Below are positions 22,038 through 34,381 of a stretch of DNA of 64,000 bases, one piece after another. The notes under the pieces are model-generated. The model was given only the letters and a program-made list of their open reading frames with translations. It had not been told where the DNA came from and made no database searches. Each line of letters starts with the position of its first letter. Position 1 is the first letter of the stretch. Origin of the DNA: Scenedesmus sp. PABB004 (lineage: Eukaryota); assembly GCA_014905635.1 (NCBI GenBank), contig CM026548.1, forward strand, positions 496,001-560,000, written 5' to 3'. A program made the position numbers and the translations under genes.

Positions 22038-22422
22038 GCGAGCTGGACGGCAGTGGCGGCGATTTTTGCTTCGCAGGCGGGCGCGCATGCGCCGAGCGAG
22101 CGGGTGAGCGAGAGCAGAACCGGTGAGTGGGTGGGGCCTGCTCGTGGCGCGTGGTCACGCGTGGAGCGACATCTGTTGTGCCTTGCCATTGGTTTTTCGG
22201 CAAGTCGACGCCGGTGTAACGTGTCTTGCTGCGCCGCGTCACGCCGTATCCCCAAGCCTGCGCCGCCCGCGCCCACGCGCCCCACAGCCTCTCCCTCCCA
22301 CGACGCGCCCGCGCGAGCCTGCCCGCCGCCGGGGCGCGGCGCGGCGCCGCCAAACGCTCCCGCTCAACAACGCCCGCCGCAGCGCCGCGTGCACGCCCGA
22401 TCAGGCATCGCGCGCCGGCCAA

Positions 22423-23144
22423 ATGACGAGCCCGTATGTGAAGCTGGTGGTCGAGCTGCGCCGGGACGTCGCCGGCGCCCGCAGCCGCCGCATGGCGATG
22501 CGGGTGCGCAAAGGCGACACGGAGGCGTCCGTCCACGATATCGTGGCGACAGCCCTGGGCCTCGCCAGCCCCGTCATCCTGTTTGCCGTGCCGGACGACG
22601 ACCTCAGGGCCATTGCGTTCGAAGGGGTCGTCGACGCGGCGCTCAGCCGCCTGAAGCAGGCGCCAGACGCGCCGGGCGGGGAGCTGGGGGTCATCTCGGT
22701 CTTCGCAGACGGGGAGGCCGTGCCGGCGTCGCCCGACACGACGCTGAGCGGCGGCGCCACGTCGTCCGCCTGCACCAGCAGCGGCAGCCACCGGGCTCCC
22801 CACAGCCTGCGCACCAGCACGGGCAGCACCGACAGGCAGCGCCAGGCGTGGCGCTGGGTCGGCGGGGAGGCCGGCCGCCGCAAGCACATGCTGCGCAAGC
22901 CGGACCTCCCCTTCTCCTACATGCACATGGAGGAGAAGGGCAAGCGGGCGCTGGCCGACGCCGGGCCGGCAGGTGCGTGTGCCAGCCGCGGCGGCTGGGC
23001 GCGCGCCGCCACCATCATCACTGCTAGCTGGCCGTGCGCTGACGCGCACGCCGCGGCCGCACGCCGCCGCGCGCACGCCGCGCAGCCGTCGGGCCCGACT
23101 TGAACGCGCGCAGCGCCGCCAAGCGGCAAAGGCGGCGCCGCTGA
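22423..23144 (+). CDS. Hypothetical protein, 2 exons
   Basis: AAATG start, globular-looking sequence MTSPYVKLVVELRR..., GT-AG intron about 22973-23085 with CTGAC branch point, basic tail KRQRRRR*. No family recognised. Confidence 0.5.
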
Positions 23145-23968
23145 AGACGCCCATCGACCGCGGCCACAAGACCGCGGTGTTGGTCAAGCATGGACGCGCG
23201 CGTCGGCGCGAGCGCGGGCGTGGGCGTGTGGCGGCGCTGATGCGCCGACGGGCGCAGGGCGCAACCGCAACCGCCGGTTCGTTCGTCAGCGACGAGGACG
23301 AGGCGGAGGCGAGAACAACACTGGCAACGAGTGCATTGCACAATTGGTGGCGCAATTGGTTCGTGTTGCACAGTTGTTTGCTGGGCGCGGTGGAGTTAGT
23401 GTCGGTGTTGCACATGCGTGAGAGTAACAGGCAAGGTTGAGTTGAGACCCCCCTGGCGCCCGAGCCCGTCCCCGCCTTGACCTTGACCCCGCCCCTTGCA
23501 CGGCACCCGCACTGTGTGGCGGCACCCCGCGCGCACACGCTGCTCTTGTCAGCGAGCGGGGACAACACGGCGGTCGCTTTTGGTTACGCGCGCGCTTGGG
23601 ACAGGGCAAGGGCGGACGCCCTGTTGCTGCGGTGTTGCTTGCGAGAGGCTCGATTGAGGGCGGCGTTGTGCTTCGTCACACGCTCAGCGTGTGACAAGTA
23701 CAATGCCACCGTTGATCGAGCCTCGCAAGATGCATCGCGACACAGCTGCGCCCTTCGTGTCAAAGACAAAAGACAAAGACAGTTACACCACAGTGTTCGT
23801 GTCTCGCTAAAGTCGAGAAAACCAACCGATACCGGCGCGCCCCTCTGTCCGCTCTTGTGCGCATCACGCAACAAGCCACCACCGTCGCGAAATGAAATGA
23901 TGTGAAACACGCGTCTCAATTACAATCATCATTTCACCCCCCCCCCCCTCCACTGCCGCTCCCCGTCG

Positions 23969-25066
23969 TCAGAGCCAGTCCATGCCGGCCGCCGCCCAGG
24001 GGCACATCAGCACGCTCGCGCAGTCGGCGCACGCGTCCAGTGCCGCCGCTGCCGCCGCGCTCGTCGGGGCCGCGACCGTTGCAGCCACGTGGTCGGCGAC
24101 CGCCGGCTCGTCACGCCCGTCGACGAGCGGGCTCATGCCGTCACGCAGGCCGTCCAGCGGCGACGCGCAGAAGGCATCGCAACACGACTCGCCGCTGGCG
24201 CCACCGTCGGCCCCGGGCCCGGCCCATGCGATGCCCTCCTCGGCGCCCGACAGGCCGTCACTCGAGCAACATGCCATCACGGGCACGAGCGCGCCGCCCA
24301 TCGGCGCCGCGAACGACGTCGTCGACGCGCTCCGGCCGGCGGGCGCGATGTCGTTGTTGTTGAACGCTGGCGTCCTCTGCCTGTCGACGCTCGCCGCACG
24401 CGCCACGCCCAGGATCGGCGGCTCCACGGGCGTCTGCGGCCTCGGCCCGCTCGCCACACCCGCGAACGACGCGGCCCGCCCGCCAACGGCGTTGTTCATG
24501 TCCAGCGACCCCACGCGGGCGAGGGGCGTCGTCGTCGCGGCAAACGTCATCGCACCGCGTGGGGCGCTGTCGCCGCCGCCCCTGACGTCGCGGCCGCACG
24601 GCTGGGCGTGCGTCATCGTCGTCGTCATCACCGCGTGTTGCACTCGCGCCGCGACCGGCCCGTGCGAGTGGAGCAGCCCGACCGCCTCCTGCTCCGCGAC
24701 TCCCAGGACGTCGGCCGTCGCGTTGCCGTCGGCGAGGGCGCCCGGGCCGGCGCCGCGTGCGGCGCGCGCGGCGATCGCGCCGCCGCGGCCGCGCTCCTTG
24801 CTGCCGCCGACGCGGCCCGGCGCGCCGCCGGCGGCGCGGCCCGGCGCGCCGCCGCCGTCGGGGCCGTCGCTGTCGGGGCCGCGGCGCGAGACGTTGGCGG
24901 CGTGCTCGGCGAGCGCCGCGAGGATGTACTTGGGCGGCCGGCGCGCCTTGGCGGGCTTTGGCTTGGATGCGGCGTTGGTGATCCACAGCGTGCTCCCGAG
25001 CTGGCCCCGGCCGGGCGCGCCCGAGCCGCCGCCGCGCCCGCCCGACCTGCCGCCGCCGCGGGCCAT
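23969..25066 (-). CDS. Hypothetical single-exon protein, 365 aa
   Basis: ATG-started ORF followed by TGTAA on the minus strand (TTACA at 23920-23924). No recognisable domain. Confidence 0.4.
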   Translation of the reverse strand: MARGGGRSGGRGGGSGAPGRGQLGSTLWITNAASKPKPAKARRPPKYILAALAEHAANVSRRGPDSDGPDGGGAPGRAAGGAPGRVGGSKERGRGGAIAARAARGAGPGALADGNATADVLGVAEQEAVGLLHSHGPVAARVQHAVMTTTMTHAQPCGRDVRGGGDSAPRGAMTFAATTTPLARVGSLDMNNAVGGRAASFAGVASGPRPQTPVEPPILGVARAASVDRQRTPAFNNNDIAPAGRSASTTSFAAPMGGALVPVMACCSSDGLSGAEEGIAWAGPGADGGASGESCCDAFCASPLDGLRDGMSPLVDGRDEPAVADHVAATVAAPTSAAAAAALDACADCASVLMCPWAAAGMDWL

Positions 25067-25501
25067 CTCACAGCATCAGGCGCGCGCTCCGACCGGCCCC
25101 TGCGCGAGAGATGGCTGTCAGCAGCGGCGCGCGGCGACGGGGCGGCGCGATGAAGCAGAGGTGCGCGCACTTTTTCAAGGCAACGCGCACCCGCGCCGGG
25201 CGCGCGCCGGCCGCCACGCCGGCGGCACAGAGGTCGCGCTGGTCCAACTGTGAGCTCAATCTGCGGCAGCGGGCGCCGCAGCGCCGGGCGCGAGCTGCGG
25301 GCGGAGCTGCGGGCGCGATTGGTCCTGCCGGCGAGAGAGAGTGCTGGCTGCCCGGATGGAAGCACGCGGCGACGCGAGGGGGCGGAGGACAATCTGCGCT
25401 GGCTGGGCGAGCGCGCGGGGCCCGGTTTGAGCGAGCTTAGACCCTTTGCAAAGACGCCGCCGCAAAAGTTCAAAGGCCGCCTGCTGTGGACGTCGACGCG
25501 C

Positions 25502-27923
25502 TCACCCGCTGCAGGCCGCCGCGCCGCCGCAGCGCCGCAGCAGCAGGCGCACGGCCGCGCCGCCGACGGGGTCGTCGGCGAGCGCGCGCCCCCGCGCCGC
25601 CTCCTCGTCGGCGACCGCGGCGGCCAGGGCTTCGCCGCCGCACGCCGCCAGCACGTCTGCCGCGTCCAGCGCCGCCCGCATCACGGCGCTGCGCTGCAGC
25701 TCCGCCTCGGCGGCGTCGCCGCCGCCGTCGCCCGCGGCGCCGCGCGCCAGCCAGCACCGCTCCTCCGCGCGCCGCGCGAGCGCGAGCAGGTGCCGCCACA
25801 GCACGCCCGCGTGCGCCGGCATGCGCGGCCAGGCCACGGCCGTGAGACGCGCGAGCGCGAGCAGCGCGACCTGCGCGCTGCGCTCGTCGTGCGCGTGCGC
25901 CCACTCGAGCAGCAGCGGCATCGCCGCACCGAGGTGCCGCGCGGCGTGCAGGCCCAGCCGCGGCGCGAGCAGGGCCAGGCAGGCCATGAACACGAGGCGC
26001 TGCGCCGGCTTGTGCGCGCTGCGCTCCGCCTCGCTGACCAGCTCGGCCAGCAGGCCGTGGTAGGCGTCGCTGCGGCAGTCCCGGCCCTCCAGCGCCTGCG
26101 CGCGGGCGGCGGCAGCGGCACGTACGCGCGCGCGCGCGCGCGCGCGAGCACGCAGCGTCGGCCGCGCCGGCGGCGGGCGCGCCGCAGGGCGGGGCACGCG
26201 CGCACGCGCGCCAGCGGCGGCCGGGTGGGCACGCGCGGCGCCGCGGCGCCGGCCGCACCATCACAAGGGCTGTGGCTGCCGGCATGGCCGTCGCCCAGCA
26301 GCTCTCCTCGCACCCCACCACCAGCCGCCGCGCGACGGACAGCAGCAGCGCGCGCTGCCAGGCGAGCGCGCCGGCGGGCCCCCGCCGCAGATCGCCAGCC
26401 AGCACAGCGCGGCGTGGCCGCAGCGCTGCACCGCGGGCGAGGGGTCGTCGGTGGCCGCGAGCACCAGCGGCAGCAGCAGCCCCAGCACGTGCCGGTCCGC
26501 CGCGGCGGCGGGTGGCAGCTGCTGCGCCAGCCACGCCAGCTGGCGCGCCGCGAGGCAGCGCTGGAACGTGTCGGGCCCCGTGTAGGCCCCTGCACGGCGG
26601 CGGCGGCGGTGGCGGCGGCGCGACAGGCGTAACGGGCAAGCACGCCGCGCACACGCGCGCGGCCGCCGGCCCGGCAGCCGCCCCGGCGCGCCGCGCGCAC
26701 CCATGTCGCCCGCGTCCTGCGCCCGGCGGTGGCGGTGCTGCGCCAGCAGCGTGTCGCGCAGCCGGTCCAGCAGCTCCGGCAGCAGCGGCGCCAGCAGCGC
26801 CCGCCAGCTGCCAGCAGTGCCGCCCGGCTGCTGCTGCTCCCCCGCCGCGACGGGCGCGCCGCCGCCCGCAAGCGCCACGCGGTCGCCGAGGCGCGACAGC
26901 AGCAGCGCGCACTGCTCCCGCGCCGCCGCGCCGCTCCAGGGCGACGCCACGCGCAGGCCGCCCCGCAGCACGTCGGCGACGTGCGCGTCCAGCTCGGTGC
27001 CGCCGCCGCCCGCCCACGGCGGCGGCGCCGCCGCCGCCGCGATCGCGGCGCCGTCGAGGCCCCGCCCTGCGTGCAGCGCCGCGGCGAGCAGCGCGTCGAC
27101 TGCCGCGCCGCGCGCCGCCGCGCGGGCGCGCTCCTCCGCCGTGGGCGCCGCGCTGGCGCCGTCCAGCTCAACAATCTCCACGATGCCCACCACGGCGCGC
27201 GGCGGCCTGCGCGCGCGTGGCGGCCGGGCGGCGCGGCCGCGGCGACGCGGCGGGCGGCGTCCGGGGCCTGCGGCGCGGCACCCGGGCCGCGGGGCCGGCA
27301 GGGCCGGCGGCGCGGCGCGCATGGCGCGCGCGCGGGGGGCGCCGCGCCCAGCGCACCGCTTGCGCTGCCGCCCGTCGTCCGGCAGGGGCTGCGGCGGCGT
27401 CTCGTCGCCGCCCTCGGCCGCAGGCGCCAGAACCAGCGGCCCCATCACCGCCAGCAGCGTGCGCAGCAGCGCCAGCTGCGCCGCCACGCGCTCGTGGTGC
27501 GCCGCGGCTGCGGCGGTGCGGGCGGGCGCGCGGCGTGGGCGCGTGTGCGTGCGCGGGTTGCCGCCGCCGCCACCATGTTCGCGCGGCGCAGCGCGCGGCT
27601 CGCCGCCGCGCACCGACGGCGGCCAGCTCGTGCGGGGCCTCGCAGGGCGCGCCGCCAAAACCGGCGAAGAGCGCGGCGCTCGGGCGCTGCAGCGCCGCCG
27701 TGACCAGGCGCGCGCACGCCGCCGCTTCCTCTGCCGCCTGGTCGGGGACGCCACTGCTGCCGCCACCGCCGCCGCCGTCGGCCAGCGCCGCCGCGGCCTC
27801 GCGCAGCTGCTCGAGCTCGCGCGGCGCCGGCGCCGCGGCGGCGCCCTCTGCCTGCGCGGCATGCGCAGCCTGGAGGCTCTCGTGCAGTGCCTCCAGCAGG
27901 GCGCGCGTCTTTGCTTCTGCCAT
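25502..27923 (-). CDS. TTI2: TELO2-interacting protein 2 (TTI2)-like HEAT/ARM protein, multi-exon
   Basis: LLPLVLAATDDPSPAVQRCG; LGLHAARHLGAAMPLLLEW...ALLALARLTAVAWPRMPAH resemble the Tti2 C-terminal region. Confidence 0.65.
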
Positions 27924-28711
27924 CCCGCAGGCGCCAGGCGGGGGCGCTGCACGGCGGAGCTGCGGGCTGCCGCCGCTGATGGCCGCTGCCCGGCACGCTC
28001 CGAGCGCGCGCGCGGCCGCGCAGCGTCGGACCAGCGGCTCTCCCCAGCGCGCGTGGGGCAGCGCAGCCGCGAGACCAGCGCGAGTCCGGCCGCGGCGGCG
28101 CGCGCGCTGCTGCTGCTGCTGCTGCTGCTGCCGCGCTCTGCTGCTGCTCGTTCAGCTGCCCCAAGGGGGTGTGTTGCTGTTAAGCCGGTGTTGCAGTAGT
28201 AATAAGCAGTCATGCCGTCAACGATAAACGCCGCCGCCGAACCCCGCCGCGCAAAGACCTCGCAGACATCAGAGCCTCCGGCGCCACAGCGGTTGGCTCC
28301 GGCCGACGTTGCGCGCACACCCCTCCCCCTTCTCAGGCTTCCCCCCCCCCCCCGCGAGGCTTGCCACCGCTGTTCATGGTTGGACGCGCCGCCGAGTTTA
28401 TCGAGCACGCGCCAAGAGTCAAGTGTGGTGCCTGCTCCTCCCCCGCGCACGGCGTTGGCTCGTACCGGAGCCGCAGGTCCAGCTCAGATTGGGCGCCGAC
28501 CCCACCCAGATGTGCAACGCAGCCTGAACGCAGCCCGGCGTGCTGGTGCGATGACCTTGACCTTGGTGCGGGAACACTGGGCCGCCCGGGCGCTGCAGTG
28601 CTGCGGTGCAGCCATCAAACGTGCAGGCTGTGCGCGCTCGCGGCCTGCCTGGCAAGCCTGTGCAAGCAACCTACACCGTCATGGTGCGACGGTTGTGACA
28701 ATGACGGCGGC

Positions 28712-28774
28712 GATCATCACCATCATCATCATTATCACCATCACCACCACCACCACCACCGCCACCACCATCAA
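28712..28774 (+). repeat. (CAT/CAC)n trinucleotide microsatellite
   Basis: Directly visible. Confidence 0.9.
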
Positions 28775-29012
28775 CCCCCTACATTCAACCCCCCCGTTTG
28801 TCCCATCCCGAGCCCGAGATCATCAACCGAGATCATCAACCCCCCCCCCCCCCCCCCGCCCCCTCCCAGCACACACACACGCGCGCGCAAAGAGCATGCA
28901 CACTCTCTCTCCCAGCGTCAGCACGGGCGCGCGCAGCGCCCAACGGGGCGCGCCGTGACAGGCGGGCCGAGGCCGGCCGTTGCACGTGCTGCCGCCGCCG
29001 GGTGAGCTGCAG

Positions 29013-29093
29013 CCCTTATCTATCGGAACAGCCTCAGGCTTGGAAAACCCCAGCGCGGAAAGGCGACCCTGTTGGGCTTGATTCTAGTCCGAC
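29013..29093 (+). pseudogene. Degenerate fragment of cytosolic LSU (25S/28S) rRNA
   Basis: GGCTTGGAAAACCCCAGCGCGGAAAGGCGACCCTGTTGGGCTTGATTCTAGTCCGAC versus recalled consensus GGCTTGG...CAGCGGGGAAAGAAGACCCTGTTGAGCTTGACTCTAGTCCGAC. No flanking rDNA. Confidence 0.75.
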
Positions 29094-29354
29094 GGGGGCG
29101 CCCCCTGTGAACGTGCGGGAGTGTCGGGGGCGGCTGCGGCCCCATGTGGCAGGCGAGACGCAGTGACGATCACAAAAGATCTCCCACCACCAGGCAACCC
29201 ACCCCCTTGAGGGCGCACGGGTCGCGTGCGGCCGGCCCAGAAGCTGTGCAGCTACTACAACACAACACTGTGCAGCCACAGCCCCGAGCAACGAGGAAAC
29301 CCGGCGATAGCAGTGCGCCGCCGCAGCGTTTGGGGGAAGGAAAAACAAAACAGC

Positions 29355-30655
29355 TCATGGCAGGCACGTTCGCGTCGCCGCCACGCACTTGCCCGCGTAG
29401 GGGCCCGAGGTGCAGCGCCGCTTGCCGGTGGCGCAGCCGCGCGGGGTTGGCGCGACGCACTTTCTCGTCTCGGCGGAGCACCGCTCCCCCGCGGCGCAGT
29501 CGGCGCGGTTGCAGCAGCCGCCCGGGCCCACGCAGCCCCCGTTGCACCAGCGCTGGCCCGGCGGGCAGCTGCAGATGCCGCCGTCGCCGGGGCAGAACAG
29601 GGGCGCCTTGCAGTTGACCCACTGGTCGGGGCCCGCCGTGCAGCACCTGGCGCGCGGGCGCAGGGCGGGCCGGCGCCTGGTCAGGCGAGGGCCAGACCGC
29701 GCCGCGCCCGCGCCGCGCCGCGCCCACGCCCGCGCCGCGCCCCCGCTCCCGCGAGCCGCAGCGGCTCACCGCTCGGTCCCGATGCAGCGCTCGTTGCAGA
29801 GCTTGGACCCTGGCGGGCACGTGCACGCCTGGCCGTTGCCGGGGCACACGAGGTTGGCCGGGCAGCGGCCGTTGGTGTCGGCCGTGCAGCACGTGTTGCC
29901 TGGGATGCACGCGTTGCCACACGCCTCCATGCCGGCCGGGCAGTCGGTGGCGGAGCCGGGCTGCAGCGTGCACTTGCCGCCTGTCTGGGGGCAGGTCTGG
30001 CTGCCGGGGCAGTCGTCCGGGCTCGCGCAGCAGAGCGACGACGGCAGGCACTTGCCCTCGCACAGCCGCGCGTCCGGCCCGCAGCCGCGGTCGGGGCCGC
30101 GGTAGCTCGCGACCAGCGGCGCGAGCTCGGCGATGCGCCGCGCACAGTGCGCCGTCGCTGCGCTGCCCAGCGGCGCCTCGGGCACGCCGTCGCCGTCGGC
30201 GTCCCAGAGGTAGTTGGGGTCTGAGTAGCTCGACACGCGCGGCACGGCGTAGCCGGCGCCGTAGGGCGTCGCGCAGATCTGGTAGCTCCTGCGCGCGCGC
30301 GTGGGAGGTCGGGCGGGCGCGCGGGAGGTCAGGTGGGCGGGCGGCGGCCCGGCGGGCGGGCGGCGGGCTCGGCGGGTGGGCGGCGGGCTCGGCGGGCGGG
30401 CGGCGGGCTCGGCGGGCGGGCGGCGGGCTCGGCCGCGGCAGCCGGCGGCCGCGGCAGCGGGCGCGGCGCGCGCGCGCGCGGCTGCAGCGCACATGAGCGT
30501 CGCAAAGCCGACTGCTGGGTCGCAGCGCGCAAACCCAAAGGCATACGACGGCAAATCGATGCCAGCCCGCGGTGAGGGCGCGCCCTCGGTCTCATAGTTG
30601 TGCATGCACCCCCAGTTGTGGCCGAGCTGCACGACGGCGGTAGGCGGTGGGCGGC

Positions 30656-30703
<48 letters not shown>

Positions 30704-32490
30704 CCGGCGGTGAGCGGCCGGCGGCCGGCGGGGCTGCGGGCCGCGGCGCGCGCACCTCGTGGCTGAGCGTCTGCAGGCTGATCCAGCAGCGGTTGACCAC
30801 GGCGGTGAGGCTGTACTGGTCGGCGAGCGCGCTGAACTGGTCGGTCAGCACAAAGCCCACGCCGCAGAACGGCGCGCCCGGGACGGAGGCAAAGAGCGAC
30901 ACCAGGTCGGCGCCGAGCTCCTCGCGCGCCTCGAGCGCGCCGGGGACCTTGCCCGAGCGCAGGTCGTACAGCAGCGTGGTCGACAGCTTGGACATGTCGC
31001 CGCCGGCAGCGGCCGGCTCGGCGTAGCTGCCGTTGACCTGCGCGCGGCGGCGGCGGGGCGGCGGGGGCGCGCGCGGTGGGCGCGGGCGGTCGGCGCGAGC
31101 GCTCGACCAGGCGCGTGCGGCGAGCAGGCGCGCGCGGGTGCAGAGCCGCACCGGCCGCGCGGCGAGCAGGTTGACGCTCAGCGGCACGGCAGTGTTGGCA
31201 AGCGCCGCGTTGGTCATCGCGACTGCGGCGGCGACCTCCGCCTCGATGCGCTCCACGCCGCTCTCGGCCGCCGCGGCGGCGGTGTACAGCACGAGGAGGT
31301 CGTGCACGTACGGCGCGCGCGGCTGCGGGGAGGGCTGCGGGGAGGGCTGCGGGAAGGGCTGCGGGGAGGGCCGCGAGTCGTCCGCGTCGCCGTCGCCGTC
31401 CTCCGCCGGGCGCCCGGCTGGCGACACGGCGGCGGCGGCGGCGCCGCGCGGCGGCGCGTCGGGCAGCGCCGCGACGTGCTCGCCGTCGGGCGGCGCGTGC
31501 TCCAGCGCCCAGTGCAGGCGCGGCTGCGGCACGCCGCCGGACGCGGCCGCGTCGCGCCCCGCCGCGGCCGCGGCGGCGGCGGGGCCGATCTGCGGCGCGG
31601 CGGCGGCCCGGGCGGGCGGCGTCGGGCAGGGGTCAGGGCTCGGCGCGGCGCTGCGCTGCGCGCGTGCGTGCGTGCGCGTGCGCGCCGCGGCCGCGCGCCG
31701 GGCGCGCCGGGGCCCTCGCTCGCGCTCCTCACCAGGAAGCCGCGCAGCGCGCCGACGGAGCCGGCGGACCCGGCGGTGCGGTCAACGTACTGCACGTTGC
31801 CGTAGAGGCCGCCCGACGGCGACAGGACCAGCGTGACGACGCTCAGCGGCCCGTGCGCGCCCGCGACGCCGCCGACCCAGACGCCCGGCGGGGCGCGCAC
31901 GTCGGGGCGGCGAACCACGAGCACGCGCGACACGGGCGGCGGCAGGTCGAGCAGCAGCTCGTCGGGCAGGCCGCCCGGCCGCAGCAGGGACGCGTCCGGC
32001 CGCGCCAGCAGCAGCGGCCAGCCCGCAGCGCCTGCGCGCGGGGCGTGGGCGGGCGGGCGGGGACGGGGTCGGCCGGGGCGGCACGCGGCGCGGCAGCGCG
32101 CGCGCGCACGGCGCAGCCCGCACCAGGCGCGGCGGCGGGCTTGGTGCCGCCGGCGGCGGCCTGCGCGCCGCGGCGCTGCAGCTCCGGCGGCGGCAAGAGG
32201 CCAGGGGGCAGGGCGAGGCTCTCGGCGTCGGCGGCCGCCGCGACGCGCGCCGCGGGCTCGAGCGGGGCGAGCAGCCGCGGCACGTCGCCGCCCTCGGCCG
32301 CCGCCGCCGCGGCCGCGGCGACCGCGTCCAGCGCCGGCGGCGCCGCGCGCAGCGAGCGCCGCAGCCGCTGCTGCTGCTGCTGCTGCTGCTGCGGACGCGC
32401 CGCGCCGGCGGCTGCGGCCCGGGGCGCCGCCGCCGCCGCCGCCAGCGCGAGGGCCACGAAGACCCCCAGGTGCACCGCCCGTCGCGACAT
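29355..32490 (-). CDS. Secreted reprolysin-like (M12B-type metzincin) zinc metalloprotease with Cys-rich C-terminal repeats, multi-exon
   Basis: Signal peptide; DLLVLYT, GADLVSL, spliced SHE|LGHNWGCMH (HExxHxxGxxH), Met-turn TLMSY, YSDP; CxGxC-x5-CC repeats to stop at 29355. Confidence 0.85.
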
Positions 32491-32786
32491 GCTTGGTCGC
32501 CGCTGCGGGCGGACGGCGGCGGCTACAGCTTGTACGAACGTGCACGTGGGATGCGAACACCGAGTTCGCGCCGCGACCCCCGCGCGGAGCAGCCGCGGAT
32601 GGCGCGCGGCGCGCGCCGACCGAGCGCAGCTGATGATGCCGACCGCGCGGCTCGCAGCGCGGGAGGGGCGCCAGGGGCAGGCTGCGGCGCAAAGTCCGCC
32701 ATCGACCAGCGCCCGCTGCCCCATCGCGCCGCGCAACCCCCCGGCCCGGCCGCGCGGCCCAGCGCACCTCGGACGTGAAGCGGACG
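32255..32786. repeat. Copy A of ~530-bp duplication (protease upstream region + start of exon 1)
   Basis: Near-identical to 34718-35248; differs by a few substitutions and small indels. Confidence 0.95.
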
Positions 32787-33198
32787 AGACGCGCCGCACC
32801 CAGGAGCGGCGCGCTCACTGGGCGCGAGGTTCGGCGCTGGCCCGGCGCGCCGGCTGCGCGCCCGGCCTTGGGCGCGGCTCCGGCAGGGCGGGCGGCATGC
32901 AGGAACGCTGCTGGCGGTGCGTGCGGAGGCAGACTGAGGCGGCACTTCCCAGGCTCTGCTGTTGTGTCTGGGGCGAGCGTTCACGCTCCTGCAAAAGGGT
33001 CGCTCCAACCGGAGAAGCAGCGTGGGCAGGCCTCAGAGACGGGCAGACGGCGGCGGAGGGTGGGAGCTCGTGAGGCGAAAAACATCATTTTTGATGACAA
33101 AAAACCATGATCTTTGCCCGTGCCGCCGCAATCGGCCTCCGCTGGCGCCAGTTCAATGCTCCTCGTTCCACCTTTTCGAGTCCTGGAGGGCGCACGCC

Positions 33199-34351
33199 TC
33201 ATATCCGGCTCGCGCGCGCGCCGCCGGTGGCGCCGTCGCCGCTGCGGCGCCAGACGCCCAGCCACTCGCGGCCGGCGCGGCCCCTGTGGCTGAGCTCGGC
33301 CGGGACGCGCTCCAGCCGCACGCGCTCGAAGCCTGCGGGGAGCAGCAGCTGGGAGTAGAGCTCGGGAGAGACCTGCCAGGGCGGGTCGGCGGGCGCGCCC
33401 GCGGGGCCGGGGCCGCAGGGGAAGACGACCGTCACCAGCTCCCCGCCCGGCCGCAGCAGCCGCGCCCACGCCGCCGCCCAGTCGGTGCGCATGCCCGGGT
33501 GCAGCGCGCTGCGGCGGGCGCGGCGCGGCGCGGCGCGGCGCGGGGGTGGGCGACGGCGCTCGGGCGCGCGCCGACGCGCAGCAGGCGGCGCGGCGGCGCC
33601 ACTCTCACCAGAGGAAGGTATAGTCGAAGCCCAGGTCGAACGGCTGCCCCGAGGGGTGCGAGTACTCAAAGAAGCTGCCGGCGGCGAGCTCGGCGCGGCC
33701 CGCCGCGCCGTCGGGCCGCGCGCCGAGCGTTGCGGCGCGCGCGGCGGCGGCGGCCGCGACCGCGTGCTCGCTGAGGTCTAGCCCGACCGCGGGCGCCGCG
33801 CCGGCGGCAGCGAGCGCAAACACGTCCCAGCCCCGCCTGCGCGGGCGGCGGGGCGGCGCGGTGAGCAGCAGGCGCGCGCAGCCCAGCGCACGGCCGCCCG
33901 CGCGCGCGGCCGCGGCGGAGCCGCACCCGCAGCCGGGCACGAGCGCGCGGCGGCCCGCCGCCGCCAGCTCGCCGCGCTCGAGCAGGGCCGCCAGGCAGGG
34001 CGAGGCGGCGCCGAGGTCCCAACGCTGCGTGCGTGCACGGGGGCGGGAGGGTCGCCAGCCCAGCCTCGGCGCCGGCGCGGCCGGCTCGAGCGGCCGTGCG
34101 CCCGCAGGCCGACGCGCGCCGCTCACCTCGCCAGGCGCCACGCCCTCTTTCCAGTGTTCGTGCCACTGGTCGTCGTAAGCGCCCGCCATGTCGCCCGCCG
34201 CTCGTGGAGCCGCAGCAGGCCCTGCTGGCGCCGCCGCTGCTGGCGCCGCCGCGGCCTCGCCGGCGCCCGAGCAGCTGGTCGCCTGGGCCCGGAAGGTCAC
34301 GGGGAGGGGACGGCGGGAGGCTGCAGATGCCCGGGCAGCTCGGCGCAGCAT
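33199..34351 (-). CDS. Thiol/halide methyltransferase (HOL/TPMT family), 4 exons, with N-terminal transit-like peptide
   Basis: RWDLGAASP, RALVPGCGRGWD, GLDLS, FDLGFDYTFLCALHPGMR..WA..LLRPGGELVTVVFP, PPWQVS, R.GRE.LGVWRR. Confidence 0.9.
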
Positions 34352-34381
34352 GCACGCGCTGCTGCTGCAGCGGCGAGGCGA

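Noticed and set aside
28190..28710. Lower-GC stretch with faint resemblance to other LSU rRNA segments or snoRNA boxes
   Set aside because: Matches are too short and degenerate to support by eye.
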